This document shows positions 26,003 through 39,708 of a stretch of 64,000 nucleotides of DNA, piece by piece (within the stretch, counting starts at the first letter, position 1; the number at the start of each line of letters is the position of its first letter). Source of the DNA: Octopus vulgaris (taxonomy: Eukaryota). The position numbers and the translations under genes are program-made. Location of the stretch: positions 42,346,001-42,410,000 of the forward strand of contig OX597831.1 of NCBI GenBank assembly GCA_951406725.2, read 5' to 3'. Under the pieces are notes generated by a model, which made no database searches, was not told the DNA's origin, and saw only the letters and a program-made list of their open reading frames with translations.

Positions 26003-26450
26003 TAAGGTGGCTGAATTGTTAGTGCACCGGTCACAAATGCTTAGCAGTATTCATTTGTCTTTAAGTTCAAATTCCGCTGTGGATGACTTTACCTTTCGTC
26101 CTTTCAGGGTTGTTGAAATAAGTACCAGCTGAGCATTGGGGTGCTTATAATCAACTAGCCTTCTTCTCCATCCCACCCCACAAAAAAGAAAAATGTTTCC
26201 AACCTTGTGACTAGAAGTAGAAAGGATTATTATTATCATTATTGTGTGTTCTAACACAACATGCTACTTTAAGTGGTGTATATTTTATCTTTGGGTATTA
26301 AAACCACCTCTGTCGCTCTACTATTATAATTGTTATTATTTTATGATAATTATAATTATCATCATTATAATTATTAAGGTGGCGAGCTGGCAGAATTGTT
26401 AGCTCACTGGACAAAAAGCTTGGTGGCATTTCTTTCGGCTTTTCATTCTC
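24810..26450 (+). mobile_element. Cluster of degraded family B SINEs
   Basis: Multiple ctgagttcaaat...gactttac...tcatcc motifs. Confidence 0.7.
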
Positions 26451-26829
26451 AGGCCATTTCTGATTTTCAATTATCAAAATGGTTCCTCTATTTTGTAAAC
26501 TATACTATTCCAGAATAAGGGTGTTTATTTATTCATTTATTTATTCATTTATTTATTTACTAATTGAACTTAGCTGGAAAGAGATTCTGAGCTTTTTTGC
26601 ATGGCATTTTACTGACAATTAGAATGTATGTTGGTTCAATAAGCTTCTCTATAAATTCTGTAGCAACTGATGGTTTGTATGTAAAAACAAATATCACCTA
26701 ATAATAATATTAATAATAATAATAATAATAATAACAACAGAACATAAAATTAAGATTTTGATTTGATTTTTTTTTAATATATACATTGCTTGTTTTATAC
26801 TGCTTGTATATGTGTGCGCATACACTGGG

Positions 26830-27660
26830 TGTACCATGCATTGGTAAAAAACAAAATGCAATTATAAACTTGACACCGAACAGTAAATGAAAAACAAAAG
26901 AAATGCAACATAGTGCTCAAAAATATCTACACATATTCAACTGGATTCATCAAAGAGACAGGCCATTCAACAATACTGCCTTCATCCCTCAGGAATCCAT
27001 ACAAGTGACAGCATGCTGGGATAAGGTGGTCCCCAGCAATGTCACATGCCATATTCACAAGGTAGTTCCAGATGAGTAATTGGCACTATAGGGCTTGTGC
27101 CATCTATGCACAAGCCATAGATCAAGTGAACTAAGATTCCTTATAATGTTGAGTATCACATTATCACACAGTTCTCTCGGGTCTTTGTTGGGGCACAAAC
27201 TGCCCTTGTATCATAATAAGACTTGTGTCTGACTTCCTTGTGTGACACATGTCCATCTGTTTAGTTGACTCTGCCACCTTTGACCTGCTGCTTGCTGACG
27301 TCCCTCATTGATCTGGTGGGATTATTGTTGATGATGTCCTGAATTTCCTAGATGAACTTGGCCATCGTGATGACACCAAACTACCAAAAAAGACTTCTTT
27401 GTTTTTCTTCATCAAGGATGGCATGTCCCTGCCAGAGGCTTCCACCTATTTCCAATTCCTGATCACAAATGACCCAGTCACTTTCAGGAAGCTAGTGATC
27501 TCCAAGCTACTGTGGTTGGTGACCAAAGACATAATACTTGACTTCCTTTGCATTTCCTCTGTCCAATTGCAATCTGTCATGTTGGTGCTGTTGATACATT
27601 TACATCTGAAGGAGTAACATGAAGCAATGTTGCCTAATATTTTTAGATCTCCTTCCATTT
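26830..27660 (-). mobile_element. Highly degraded Tc1/mariner-superfamily transposase fossil
   Basis: Minus-strand pieces EIQDIINNNP..RSMR, KGQFV and EWPVSLMNPVE (compare WPxxSPDLNPIE); many frameshifts. Confidence 0.5.
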
Positions 27661-28128
27661 ATAGTTTGTTAAAGTTTACTTGCAAATATACACGAAAGCA
27701 GCAGTAACAACACCTACTACAAACATTAAGCCTTTTTTCCCTGCTAAAGGAGAGTTTAGCCAGTGGTCCATGCCTCAGTCTTCTTATTGTATTCATTACG
27801 GTTCTCTTTTTGTGGCTGTGTGTTTATAGCTGGATGTTCTTCCTGTCATTAACCCCTTTAGTCACCCCTTATAACGTCTTGCAGGGATACAGTGTGCCTG
27901 TGTGCCTATTCTAAATCTAGAATGCAAAGTGCCTATTCTTATCTAGGCTACACTGTCTGAAAAATCGACAGGATGGCCATAATTGAAATGCTTTTAGTCA
28001 TATCATCAGCTTTGAGGCAATAATTTGCAGCTGGATGCCTTTCCTGTCTCTAACCCTTATTGTCACCTTTTGCAATAATATGCAAGGAGTACACATGAAC
28101 ACACACACACACACACATGCATGTGCGT

Positions 28129-28170
<42 letters not shown>

Positions 28171-29795
28171 CATATACACCCATACATTGAAAAATTGGTT
28201 TGTATGTTCCATCCTGTTTTGGTTACTCAAAATATTTAATATTTGTGCAAAACTCACACTGGTAATCTTGTATTGCTTTTCTTCATTATTTCTTTGTCTC
28301 TTTTGCTCTTCGTTAACAACACTTAATTAGTTCATTACTCGATGAAACAACTATGTCAATCGTTCATTCACTGTTTGCTTCAAGTTTTCTTTTTTTTAAA
28401 ATTTTGTCGTTACATTTTTTCTAGAAAGTCTGTAATTGCTGGTAGTTTAGCTGATTTAATTTGAAATATTTAGTGGAGTTTTATATTAAATAAATTGCTT
28501 AATCACCAATATGTTTTGTGGGTAATGAATTTTGTTATTTTGACTTTCAAAAAAAAAAAGAAAGAAAAAACAAAAATAATTAGTAAAAATTATAATGAAA
28601 GTGTTTTAAATGACATTGTTTTGAATTTTGAAATTAAAGTATGAAATTTAGGTAAATAAAAAAAAATTTGAAGAATTGAAATATAATGTACAAAAATAAG
28701 TATATCTTTACACACACACACACACACACCTTCTCCTTGACTTACGACTTCTGTGACTTACAACCACAAAAAATAAACGTAGTTTTTACAAACATTCAAG
28801 ATGCTGTGCATTATAATCGTAAAATACATATGGAAAAAAAAGAAAATAAACTATTCCAACAAACCTCACCATGTTCCTGAAAAAACCATCCACTTCAATC
28901 CAAGAACATGACTGTGAAGATTAAACATTTATTTTCAATTGCTCTTTTTTCACAGGAACATTTTTTTCTTATTGTATGTATGTGGAATTTCATGTGTATT
29001 AATTTTCATGTTAATTTTAGATTGTATTTTTGCTTATAGTACAGTAGAGTACATATTGTGTATTTTTCACATTATGTACAATAATTATGGATTAAATTTT
29101 TGTGTTTTATATTTTTATAACCTGTTTGAATGAAAATAGTGTTGAAAAATAAAAATCCAACATACAACCAGAACAACCTACGACCTGTCAGTTGGAATTG
29201 ATCTTGGTCATGAGTCGAGGAGAAGATGTGTACATAATATGTATACACATACACATATATAATCTGCTAGAATAAGTACTAGGCTTACAAAGAATAAGTC
29301 CTGGGGTCGATTTGTTCGACTAAAGGTGGTGGTCCAGCATGGCTGCAGTCAAATGACTGAAACAAGTTAAAAAGAAATATATATATATAATTATTTGGAC
29401 TTTGGGTATATCGTTAGTGGTATGCTGATTAAAGCATTTTCACTGTTTAGGCTACCTGATGTCATCCATATACACATACATACATCATAGTGAATGCAAG
29501 TGGCCTAATGTTTCAGCTGTTGCAGTCATGATCGCAACATCATGCTTTTGATTCCCAGATTGGGTGATACATTGTGCTCTTGAGCAAAACACTTCATTTC
29601 ACATTGCTCTGCTGTTACTTCAGCATCTGATTTGATGGAGAGAATGAGCTAACATACAGCACAAACATTTGATTGCTATAAACAAGTCATCTGCACAGGT
29701 TGTCCAGCAAGAAGTTACAGAACACTCATCTGTTGTCTCTGTTAGATTACCCAAAATAAATACACATACACATGCACACATCACATAAGCATATA

Positions 29796-29835
<40 letters not shown>

Positions 29836-30215
29836 AAATAAGTTGTTTTAGAAAATGCATAACATAAATGAAGGAAACTGAAGTATTGTTTTGTTAGTCT
29901 AACTAGCTAACTAGAAATTACTGATTAACTAACAGAATGATAACAACTTGATGATGATAATAATAATAATAATAATAATAATTATCAGACTCCAACTGGA
30001 AACCATATATAATTAACAAAAACTAAGTGTATAAATATAATTAAATTCTCTCAGTTGGTGTTTGCATGTGTTTTGTAATATTTTTTTTGCTTTTCTTTAT
30101 GGATTTTTAAAATTAAATTATTGTTACTTTTTATAAGAACATTTTCTTATATAAACTGAATTCTTTGACTAACATATATAATTTTTTTTTCATTTTTAAT
30201 TTATCTTCTTTTTAG

Positions 30216-30243
30216 ACCGGACAGAAACAGAGTAAGAAGCCAG
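30216..30243 (+). CDS. ITSN1: Intersectin 28-nt microexon (phase 0-1): TGQKQSKKP(E)
   Basis: Long T-rich acceptor tttag, CAG|gtgggt donor; reconstructs the conserved KKPE motif before SH3D. Confidence 0.9.
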
Positions 30244-30397
30244 GTGGGTCTCTCTTTGTTTAATCAAACACTGTAGAATATTTTTATCTTATTCTTTTCA
30301 AATTTCTCTTATGAATATTTGGTTTTTTCTCTATTAACAATGTTGAAATAATTAGAGCATGCAGCAATTTGAAAGTCTAATTCTAATGTTAGATGTT

Positions 30398-30431
<34 letters not shown>

Positions 30432-30484
30432 TACAATGTATATGTGTGTGTATATATATATATATTTATATGTGTGTGTACACA

Positions 30485-30705
30485 CACGTCTTTGTGTCTG
30501 TGTTTGTCCCTCATCACCACTTGATAACCGGTGTTTATGTGTTTATGTCCTGGTAACTTAGCAGTTCGGCAAAAGAGACCAATAGAATAGGTACTGGGTT
30601 TAACAAAAAACAAGTACTGGTGTTGATTCATTCAACTAAAACAAATTGTCCAAGGTGGTGCTCCAGCATTGCCGCAGTCTAATGACTGAAACAAGTAAAA
30701 GGTAA
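30485..30705 (+). mobile_element. SINE family A, 3' half
   Basis: Reverse-complement match to 35446-35650. Confidence 0.8.
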
Positions 30706-31639
30706 ACGATAAAAGGTAATTCATAGATGCTGACTGGAACCATTAACGACCATAAATATTTATACAAAGAGTCAAAGAATGGAAGAGGAACAATCTAGAG
30801 GGACTTTCAGGGTTATGCTGGAAAGCGCAGCTAAACTGTATAATATTACTTTAGGAGGAAGTATATTTGGGTAAACAGTGAAATGTTTTAACACTGGATA
30901 ATAAATTAAAGTTGTATAAGAAGGAGGCCAAATCATAAAGTAGGTTGAAATTAGTGAAAGCAACTGTAGCGTAAGGAAAACATTGGGAGGTTTAAAAACA
31001 AACTAAAAATAACACACCTCAAAAGATTGCTGGTTTTCTTGTTTTGTTTTCCATTGAGTTTATTTACCTGTATGTATCACACATACACACACATGTATAC
31101 CCAATTACATAATTGGTTTTCACTTAGCTTTCGTCTACCAGTCAGATTCATTCACAAGGCATTGGTTGGCCCAGGGCTACAGTAGAAGATACTTGGCTAA
31201 GGTGCTACTCAGATTGAACCTGAAACGACATAGTTGCAAAGTCAGCTTCTTAACCAGACAGCCGTGCCAGTACCTATATATGTTTTATACAAAGTGGAAT
31301 ATTAAAAACTGACATATTGGATTGTAGTAGATTATTTAATCTTGTGGCATTTGTGAAACACTGTGTATGGGTTTTTTGAAAATTTAGGCCTCAAAAATCA
31401 GGAAGTACATTATACATGAACTTTTACAGCAGGTAGATCAGATCTGAGAAACTGAAGCTTTATTAGTTTAAATTGGGATAAGAAAACATCAAACAATGAT
31501 GATGAAGTTAAGGATGTTTTTGGTTGTTGTTTAGCTTGAGGTCAGCTCTGACCAAACTGACCTTATGACTGGAAATGTACCAGTTATGCCCATCCCAATT
31601 TTTATTTAGGCATATTGCATCTAGAACTATTGATCCATC

Positions 31640-32080
31640 CATCTTCTCTGCCTACTCTTCCAGGGAGTGTTGTGGATGTAAAGTCCTCAGGCACTTCCTC
31701 CATAGGATCCTATCAGAAGCAAATGTCATTACATGTTTTCCAGCTGGATTTCCAAGCATGTCCAACTGAGACTATGGATATCATCCAACCATCACATTCT
31801 TAGCCTACCCCTAGGTCTCCTGCTGGATAGCTTGACTTGAAGGATCTGTCTTGCAAATCTTATATATGACTCTCTAATCACATGACCTTAGTGCCAGAGC
31901 TGGGACCTCACAATGCAAAGAAATAACAGCTCAACTTGGAGAGACTCCCTGCTCTCTGAGCTATGCACCCTGTCAAGAAATGCTATGTCAGAGATATTTT
32001 GGAGGAACTCCATTTTGGCCACTTGTGTTTGTGATCATTCTCTTTCCATTATTATTCAACATTCTTGACCATAGGTGATG
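31640..32080 (-). mobile_element. RTE-clade (Expander/Rex3-like) LINE 3' fragment
   Basis: TYGQEC*...KMEFLQNISDIAFLDRVHSSESRESLQVE...RSQLWH*GHVIR...RRPRGRLRM*WLDDI. Confidence 0.8.
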
Positions 32081-32756
32081 GTAAACACAAAAACTGATTT
32101 GAAGATTGGAGAATTGCCCTTTTTTTCCTCTTTTTCCCCTTAATGATCCTCTCCTCTCCTAATGATTAAATGCTGTGGCTGGTGCATTACTGTGCCAGAA
32201 TCAGCAATTCTAACCTCCAATTCAGCTTCTTGCTTTTCATCACTTATGAAACTAAGAAAAATCCTTTTAAAGCAATAAAAACATTTGACTGCTGTTTCCA
32301 ACAAGTCAAGCAACTATGTAGAGGCAAAAAAAAACAAAAAAAACCGATATGATTTAACATTTTATGCAAAAATGTGAATTTGAAGAATTATTCAACCTGT
32401 TTTATAATTTATTTTGTAATATAGAATGTATTAAAATGTATGCATATTGGTGTGTGTATATTCATAAATAATTATATACCAACATATATAATTATGCAGG
32501 CATATTCATAAACACATCTATTTGTACACATTTCTCTCTCTCTCTCCTGATACACACACACATGTATTTGTACACAAATGCACATCTGTTTGTCTATCTA
32601 CACACATGCGCACACATTTGGCTATACATATACACAGTTATATACCTATATGCATGTGTGTGTGTTCCTTGTAATCATCAAAGCTATATTTTTTCTTGCT
32701 AATTTTTTTTTTTCCACCCTTCACCTGAATATTATTTTACTTGTTTTAAACTTCAG

Positions 32757-32878
32757 AAATTGCTTCCGTGATTGCCAGTTATACTGCGACTGGCCCTGAG
32801 CAACTGTCCCTGCAGCCAGGCCAGTTGATACAGGTGCGCAAGAAGAGTCAAAGTGGCTGGTGGGAAGGTGAATTGCAG
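32757..32878 (+). CDS. ITSN1: Intersectin SH3D, N-terminal exon (phase 1-0)
   Basis: [41 protein letters not shown], very similar to ITSN SH3D; cttcag acceptor, CAG|gtaaga donor. Confidence 0.96.
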
Positions 32879-33422
32879 GTAAGACAATAGCTGTGTTTGT
32901 AGCATTAACAGATTGAGTGTCAGTGAATGGCCTAGTGGTTAACACATTGCACTCATGATCTCAAGGTCATGAGTTTGATTCCCAGACCAAGCTGTGTATT
33001 GTTTTCTTGAGCAAAACACTTCCCATGTTGTTCTGTGATCACTTTGGCATCTGATGTCTTACACATTGTGCACTGGTACAGGCAATGTCTGTCTGATGAA
33101 GGGAAGTAGGTTCATATACTACACAAACATTTGACAACTATAAACAAGTCATCTGTGTAGGTTGTTCAGCAAGGAATTACAGAACTGTCTTTTCTCAGAC
33201 TTGAGAGACCACCGTTAATAAGGGTTTCAAATTTTGGTGCAAGGCCAGCAGTATTGTGGGAGGAGGTAGCTCAATTACATTACCCCCAGTAAGTCCAACT
33301 GGTACTTATTTTATCAACCCTGATAGGAGAAACAGCAAAGTTGACCTAGGCAGAATTTGAATTCAGAATGTGAAAATGGATGTAATGCTGAGACTACCAT
33401 TAATAATGATAAAGGTTGGAAG

Positions 33423-33622
33423 TGGTGTCAGGGAAATGGCTGATATTTATAGGAGCGTTAAAGTTGTTTTAGTATGATGTTAGTAGATCGAAAATGATAT
33501 TAATGAATCGACTGATATTTACAGGTGTGTTAGTGTTGTGCTGGTATGGTGTTAGTGTATTGAGAATGGTGTTGGGGAATTGTCTGATATTTACTTGAGT
33601 GTTAGGACTCTGTTGGTATGGT
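33423..33622. repeat. Degenerate 72-bp minisatellite, about 3 units
   Basis: ctgatattta recurs at 33440, 33512 and 33584 with similar flanks. Confidence 0.75.
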
Positions 33623-34199
33623 ACAACGTGGAGATGCTGCATAGTGTAAGTGGTTAATGCATACTAGGTTAGACAGACAATACCTTTGAAAGAAAGGACT
33701 CTGTGATGGAAGTGGAGCAAAGATGACTTGAGAACACATTGGTGACCACATTGGTGACCACATTGGTGCCAGTGTTATGTAAAATGCTCCGGTGCATTCT
33801 GTGAAGTGGTTGGCATTGGGAAGGGCATCCAGCCATAGAAACTATGCCAAAGAAGGCAGTGAAGCTTGGCGCACTCCTTGGCTTGCCAGCTCCACAAAAG
33901 CCCTGTCAAACTGTTCAACCCAGGGCTTTGTGGAGAATGGTCATGAAATGGTGCTGATGACACTATGTAATTGAGGATACTGGGAGAGATGTGTTGTAGT
34001 CTTCTTGTTTAATCCATGTTAGTTTAGAAGAGAAAATAAATGAACTTAAAATACATGCTAAACATAGTGATGCTGCTGCTACTGTTAATTAACCCCAAAT
34101 TAACTTTGGTCCAGCAAACCTCTAACCAAAGGTTCACTCTCCCAGTGCTGTTTCCTTTCATTTACTTCTGGAACATCCTTTGGATGCGACGGCAAGGCA

Positions 34200-34505
34200 G
34201 ACTTACAAACAAAGCCTTGTGAAAAAATGGTGAATCAGCTACCTATTGAAACCCAGATCAAGAAGAGTAAATAGGTTTGGCAGGGCACCCAATGGGAACT
34301 TTTACTTCCAGCATTACAAGATAAGCTCTCTAATGGACACCTCAAGGGAGGTGGAAGCATGACAGACCAAAAGTAATATGGAGAAGGTCCATTGAAACTG
34401 AAGCACTAACAGATGGTGACAGTGAGGGACAACTGCAATGGATTGTCAGAGATTGAGATTGAGTTCTCTTTTTGTTGCACTCTATTCCTCATGGAGTCAA
34501 AGGAT
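34200..34505 (+). mobile_element. RTE-clade LINE 3' fragment
   Basis: LPIETQIKKSK*VWQG...SITR*AL*WTPQGRWKHDRPKVIWRRSIE. Confidence 0.7.
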
Positions 34506-34789
34506 TTATCAACATTCACCTGTATCTGTCTTCCCTTTTTTTGTAAGATGGTGAGATGTGATTTGAGGAGGTTGGGCTGCTACTTTTAACAGGTCAAGCA
34601 AAAGTGTAGACGCTTCTTCGGTGGGTGGCTGAAGGGGTACAGGGGCAATAATAATGGCCACCAGTGAAAGATATTCTGGAAGAAAGTATGGAAATAGGAA
34701 GGGTAGACTTAATGTGTACATTTACCAACATTTTCATTGCTAAATGCTTTTAATAAATTCCTTTCTGCTTTTTTGTTCTTTTTTTACAG

Positions 34790-34918
34790 GCCCGCGGTCA
34801 AAAAAGAAAGATGGGTTGGTTTCCTGCAAATTATGTGAAACTGCTTGGCTCCTCTAGTGCACGATCAACTCCTGATCACCATCAAGGGATGTCTCCTAGC
34901 CCTCAGCTGCAGACCATG
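34790..34918 (+). CDS. ITSN1: Intersectin SH3D C-terminal exon plus linker (phase 0-0)
   Basis: ARGQKRKMGWFPANYVKLLGSSSARSTPDHHQGMSPSPQLQTM; ttttacag acceptor, ATG|gtatgc donor. Confidence 0.96.
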
Positions 34919-35445
34919 GTATGCTATAGCATAATATTTAATTTCTTGATAAAACGTTGTTGATCTATTTGCAGCTTTATGTCATGTCTGCATGGAACAT
35001 AATCCTTTTTTTTTTAAATCACGTCTAATGTATTAGAATTTATGAAAGTTCCTCACACGAAATTTTCTTTGCTGCCTGTCATATTTTTCTGGATCTATTG
35101 ATATCAAACGGAAGTTAAAAGCACAAGCAGAAGGTCTGCTTTGTAAATACTGTTTTAAATGTTTATGTCAGTGTTCATTACAAAATACCTGGCCTAACAT
35201 TCTGTGAAAAGCTTCCCTAGGAAGCTCACATTCAAATTTGCCTCTGAAGGTTGAATTTCCACTTAATGGCTGGCAGACACTTTGACCAACAGTAGCTGTT
35301 AACCCTTGCTAAGTATGCCCCTCCACCCCACATATTATGCAGTCTTAGTAGCCAGAAAAGATTTCAATCAAGAATTGAAATGTTCCTTTGTAGCTGTTTC
35401 CTGCTTTTCTGTCCATGAACAAATTGAGCTGATACATTCTCTCTC

Positions 35446-35853
35446 TTTTTACTCTTTTACTTGTTTCAGTCATTTGACTGCGGCCATGCTGGAGCACTGC
35501 CTTTAGTCGCGCAAATCGACCCCGGGACTTATTCTTTGTAAGCCCAGTACTTATTCTATCGGTCTCTTTTGCCGAACCGCTAAGTGACGGGGACGTAAAC
35601 ACACCGGCATCGGTTGTCAAGCAATGCTAGGGGGACAAACACAGATACACAAACACACACATACATATACATATATATATATATACATATATACGACAGG
35701 CTTCTTTCAGTTTCCGTCTACCAAATTCACTCACAAGGCATTGGTCGGCCTGAGGCTATAGCAGAAGACACTTGCCCAAGATGCCACGCAGTGGGACTGA
35801 ACCCGGAACCATGTGGTTGGTTAGCAAGCTACTTACCACACAGCCACTCCTGC
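35446..35853 (-). mobile_element. SINE family A, well-preserved full-length copy
   Basis: CpG-retaining copy with tRNA-like head, internal microsatellite and tail. Confidence 0.9.
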
Positions 35854-36539
35854 GCCTATTGTTTACATTCATTGTAACATGTGGTGTTGACTTACAAATC
35901 TGTACTTAATCTCTGTAGTACATTATAGCAGTTAACTGAAACACTAGCATGATGCAGTCCTTGGCCCATTGAATCCTATCAAATCATTCATCTCAAAACA
36001 ATACTAAATTCCGACAAAAACATACACCTTCTGTAGTCATTGTTCTAACTGTCATATGAAATAGCTACTGGATAAACAGCTTGACACACTGATATAGTGG
36101 AAAACTGAAAATTCAGTTAACTCACCATGTGACCATCGTCAACTAATGAAGTGCTTTGAGCCACATTCTCTCTATAGAAACAAACAATTTTTAGAGCAAT
36201 GACCTAAAAAGACAGTTTTTGACACACTTTTGAAAACCAATTGTGAAGCCAGTTAAATGTGTGTGTGTCAGCAAAATATTTGAATGTTTACATTCGAAAT
36301 AAGATGTTACTATTGTTAATATTATCTGTAGTGAATATTTTTAATTGATAATTTTAATAGTGGTTCACAGGTTTAATAGGTGGTTCACAGGTTTAATAGC
36401 ATTATAAAGCTTATAAAATCTAAAATTAGCACGAAGCATAAGAATGATGCTTCCTGCATCCTTATGCTTCATGCTAATTTAAAATTATATATATGTATGT
36501 ATATATGTATATATATATATATATATAATGTGTGTGTGT

Positions 36540-36748
36540 GCATGTTTGTGTGTCTGTGTTTGTCCTCCCCAACATTGCTTGACAACTGATGGTGGTGTGT
36601 TTCCATCCCTGTAACTTAGTGGTTCGGCAAAAGAGACCGATAGAATAAGTACTAGGCTTACAAAGAATTAGTCCTGGGGTCGATTTGCTCGATTAAAGGC
36701 GGTGCTCCAGCATGGCCGCAGTCAGATGACTGAAACAAGTAAAAGAGA

Positions 36749-36750
<2 letters not shown>
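36540..36750 (+). mobile_element. SINE family A, 3' half (inverted relative to 35446-35853)
   Basis: Reverse-complement match. Confidence 0.85.
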
Positions 36751-36793
<43 letters not shown>

Positions 36794-37540
36794 CATACAT
36801 ATATATACACACACACACACGCGCACACGTGTGTGTGTGTGTGTGTGTGTTTGTGTGCATGAGAGTATGTATTAAAATTTAAATAATCTTCATATATTCT
36901 CTATCCATTTTTAACTTCTGTACTACAAGTTGTTTTGTTAACAGTTCATTCATATACATACATACATACATATATATATACACACACACACACGCACATA
37001 TATATAGTTACACATATGGCTGTGTGATTAAGAAGTTCACTTCCCAACTATGAGGTCTCAGGTTCAGTCTTACTGCATGACACATTGGGAAACTATCTTC
37101 TACTGTAGCCACAAGCTGACCAAAGCCCTGCGAGTGGATTGGGTAATCTCTCTCATATATATATATGTAGTTATGTGAATAGGTGGGTGTTTGTGTCTCC
37201 TTGTCTTTATATGATATGATAGTTGTAAATGTGTCACTATCATACAAGCACAGTCACTCATTTACAATATTCTGTAAATGAATCTGACTCAGTGAAATAT
37301 AATTCCATCTGACCCATGCAAGTATGGGAAAGTGAATGTTAAACCCATGATGATGATGATGATTGATACTCTATTAGAAGCCTGTTATAGTTTGTCATTT
37401 TGTGATATCATAGTTGGCCATCTCAAGACACAAGTTGAGTTAGTGTCGATAGTTCTTCCTTAAAGTGCTTATTTAAATTAATATTTCATGATTTTTAAAG
37501 AAAAAAAAAAACATTGTTTTTCCCTCATTTTATTTTCCAG

Positions 37541-37616
37541 GGCAGTAGGACAGGAACGCCAGCTCCAGTTCTGGCCACAGCAACAGTCACACCTGCTCCT
37601 GCTCCACAACAGTACT
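37541..37616 (+). CDS. ITSN1: Intersectin SH3D-SH3E linker exon (phase 0-1): GSRTGTPAPVLATATVTPAPAPQQY
   Basis: ttttccag acceptor, T|gtaagt donor; phases match both neighbours. Confidence 0.9.
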
Positions 37617-38221
37617 GTAAGTATTCTAGACATTCATTGTTTATGAGTAAACTGAAAGAGGTATTGTTTGTCATATTTCAGGCTGATCTTTCCTTTTCTT
37701 TTTGTTTTTGCCAAATAACCTCACACGTCTGTGATTATTTGGCAAAAAAAAAATTATTTGTGTGTCTCTCCTTACTAACCGTCAGCCATTTTGTATTTCT
37801 ATTGTATGTGTCTTCATTTGTGCATGCGTATATCTCTATGTGCATCTATGTTTAGTTAGTGTGTAACTGAGGTCAAAATGACAGTGAGGGATGAAAGATT
37901 TTTGCTTGTAAGTCTGCTGGCTCAGGCTTGACATAATGCTTAAAAATAATTGATATTACTATAAGTCAATGAGGGATCCTCTACAGAGCTGCTTTCAGTT
38001 GCTCTAGTAGCACCCAAATCTTCCTCAAACCACACACTTATTTTAAAAAAGAAAAGACACATTGGGAAACATGTTGGAAAACAATTCTGAGGAAAAGTTA
38101 GAATGGTCCTGCCTGAAAGACCATTGATGTTATTAATGTTCAGTCAGGGCGACAGGAAAAGCCTGTGCTATATACAGCTGGGTATGTTACTATTTCATGA
38201 GCAGCCACAAATTGTAACATA

Positions 38222-38405
38222 TTTAGGTAGGTAGGTAGATAAATATAGATGACAGATATAGATGAATACATATAGATAGACAGACAGATACAAATTGATA
38301 GAAAGATAGTTTGATAGATAGATAGATAGATATATAGATAGATAGATAGATATAGATAAATTGTTAAACATAGACAGAGAAATAGATAGATAGAAAGCTA
38401 GATAG
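38222..38405. repeat. (GATA)n-type tetranucleotide microsatellite
   Basis: Direct inspection. Confidence 0.9.
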
Positions 38406-39324
38406 AGTGAAGGAAACTTGACTTGGAGAGAAGTAACTCTAACTGAAAACTGATACAACAGAGGGGAGATTCTTTGGTCTTGGCTCAGAGAATCTTTCTG
38501 GTACTGGAGACTGATTAAATGTACCCAGTCCTCAATGTAAAGTGGTTGATGATAGGAAGAGCATTCAGTTATAAAAGTCACATTAAGGAAGGAAGGAAGG
38601 AATGTAAACGGTGTGGATTTTGTAAGCCTCAATATTAGGCAGCTCATCTGAGAGTGCAGAAAGCCTAAATAAGACCTGATACAAAATAGAGGGAGATTCT
38701 TAGTCCGATAGCAAATAATGTCTGTGGTGTTGGTTGAATGATAAATTGTCCATGCTGTAAATTGGTTGGCCATAGGAAAGGCATCCAGTTGTAAAAGCTT
38801 TGCCAAAATATGGCGTGCACAACAGTTTGAAGATTGAAAGTTAAACGAAAGTATCACAGTTGAATTCTCTCACTCTCCCTCTTAGATGTCATGGAATCAC
38901 CTTCGTACTTAATGAGAAAATAAAGGATCTTTTACTTGGTTGCTTGACCTGTTAGAAATAGCACTCACATCTCTCTTAAAAAAGAGAAGAAAATATTGGA
39001 TGACATGGGCTTCGGTGTATCACAGGATGGTTACAGCTAGAATTCCTTTGATCATAAATTCACTGGATCAGAGTTGACAGATTTAAGCAAAAACATGCTT
39101 AATTCCATGGTTGGGAAGTTCACTTAGCTGCTATGTTGGATCGGGATTTAATCCTAGATGGTTAAGGAGATTGCTTCTTGCTTCCCAACCACTTGGTTTC
39201 ATGCCCCACTTTATAGCAACTTGGGCAAGTGTTTTCTGCTATAGTCTGGGCTGACCAAAGCCTTGTGAATGGATTTAGTAAATAGAAACTATATATATAT
39301 ATATATATATGTATATTGTTTGTT

Positions 39325-39612
39325 CCTTCTCGAGCCACGTCTGGCTCATAGTGCCAGTTTCTCAGTTTCCTTGGTGTATAGGTTCCCCACTTGGACGGGA
39401 TGCCAATCCATCGCAGGTGAGCTGCAAGATGCAGGAGGAAAGAGTGAGAGAAAGTTGTGGCAAAAGAGTCGGTAGAAGCTCGCCATTACCTTCTGCTGGA
39501 GCCACGTGGAGCTTAGGTGTTTTGCTCATAAACAAACACATCGCCCGGTCTGAGATTCAAATCCGCGATCCCTTGACCGTGAGTCCGCTGCACTACCCAC
39601 TAGGCCATGTGC

Positions 39613-39615
<3 letters not shown>
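39325..39615 (-). mobile_element. SINE family C
   Basis: Homologous to 1375-1621. Confidence 0.8.
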
Positions 39616-39663
<48 letters not shown>

Positions 39664-39708
39664 CATACACGCACATGCATGCAAGCAAGCACACATACAT
39701 ATATGCAC

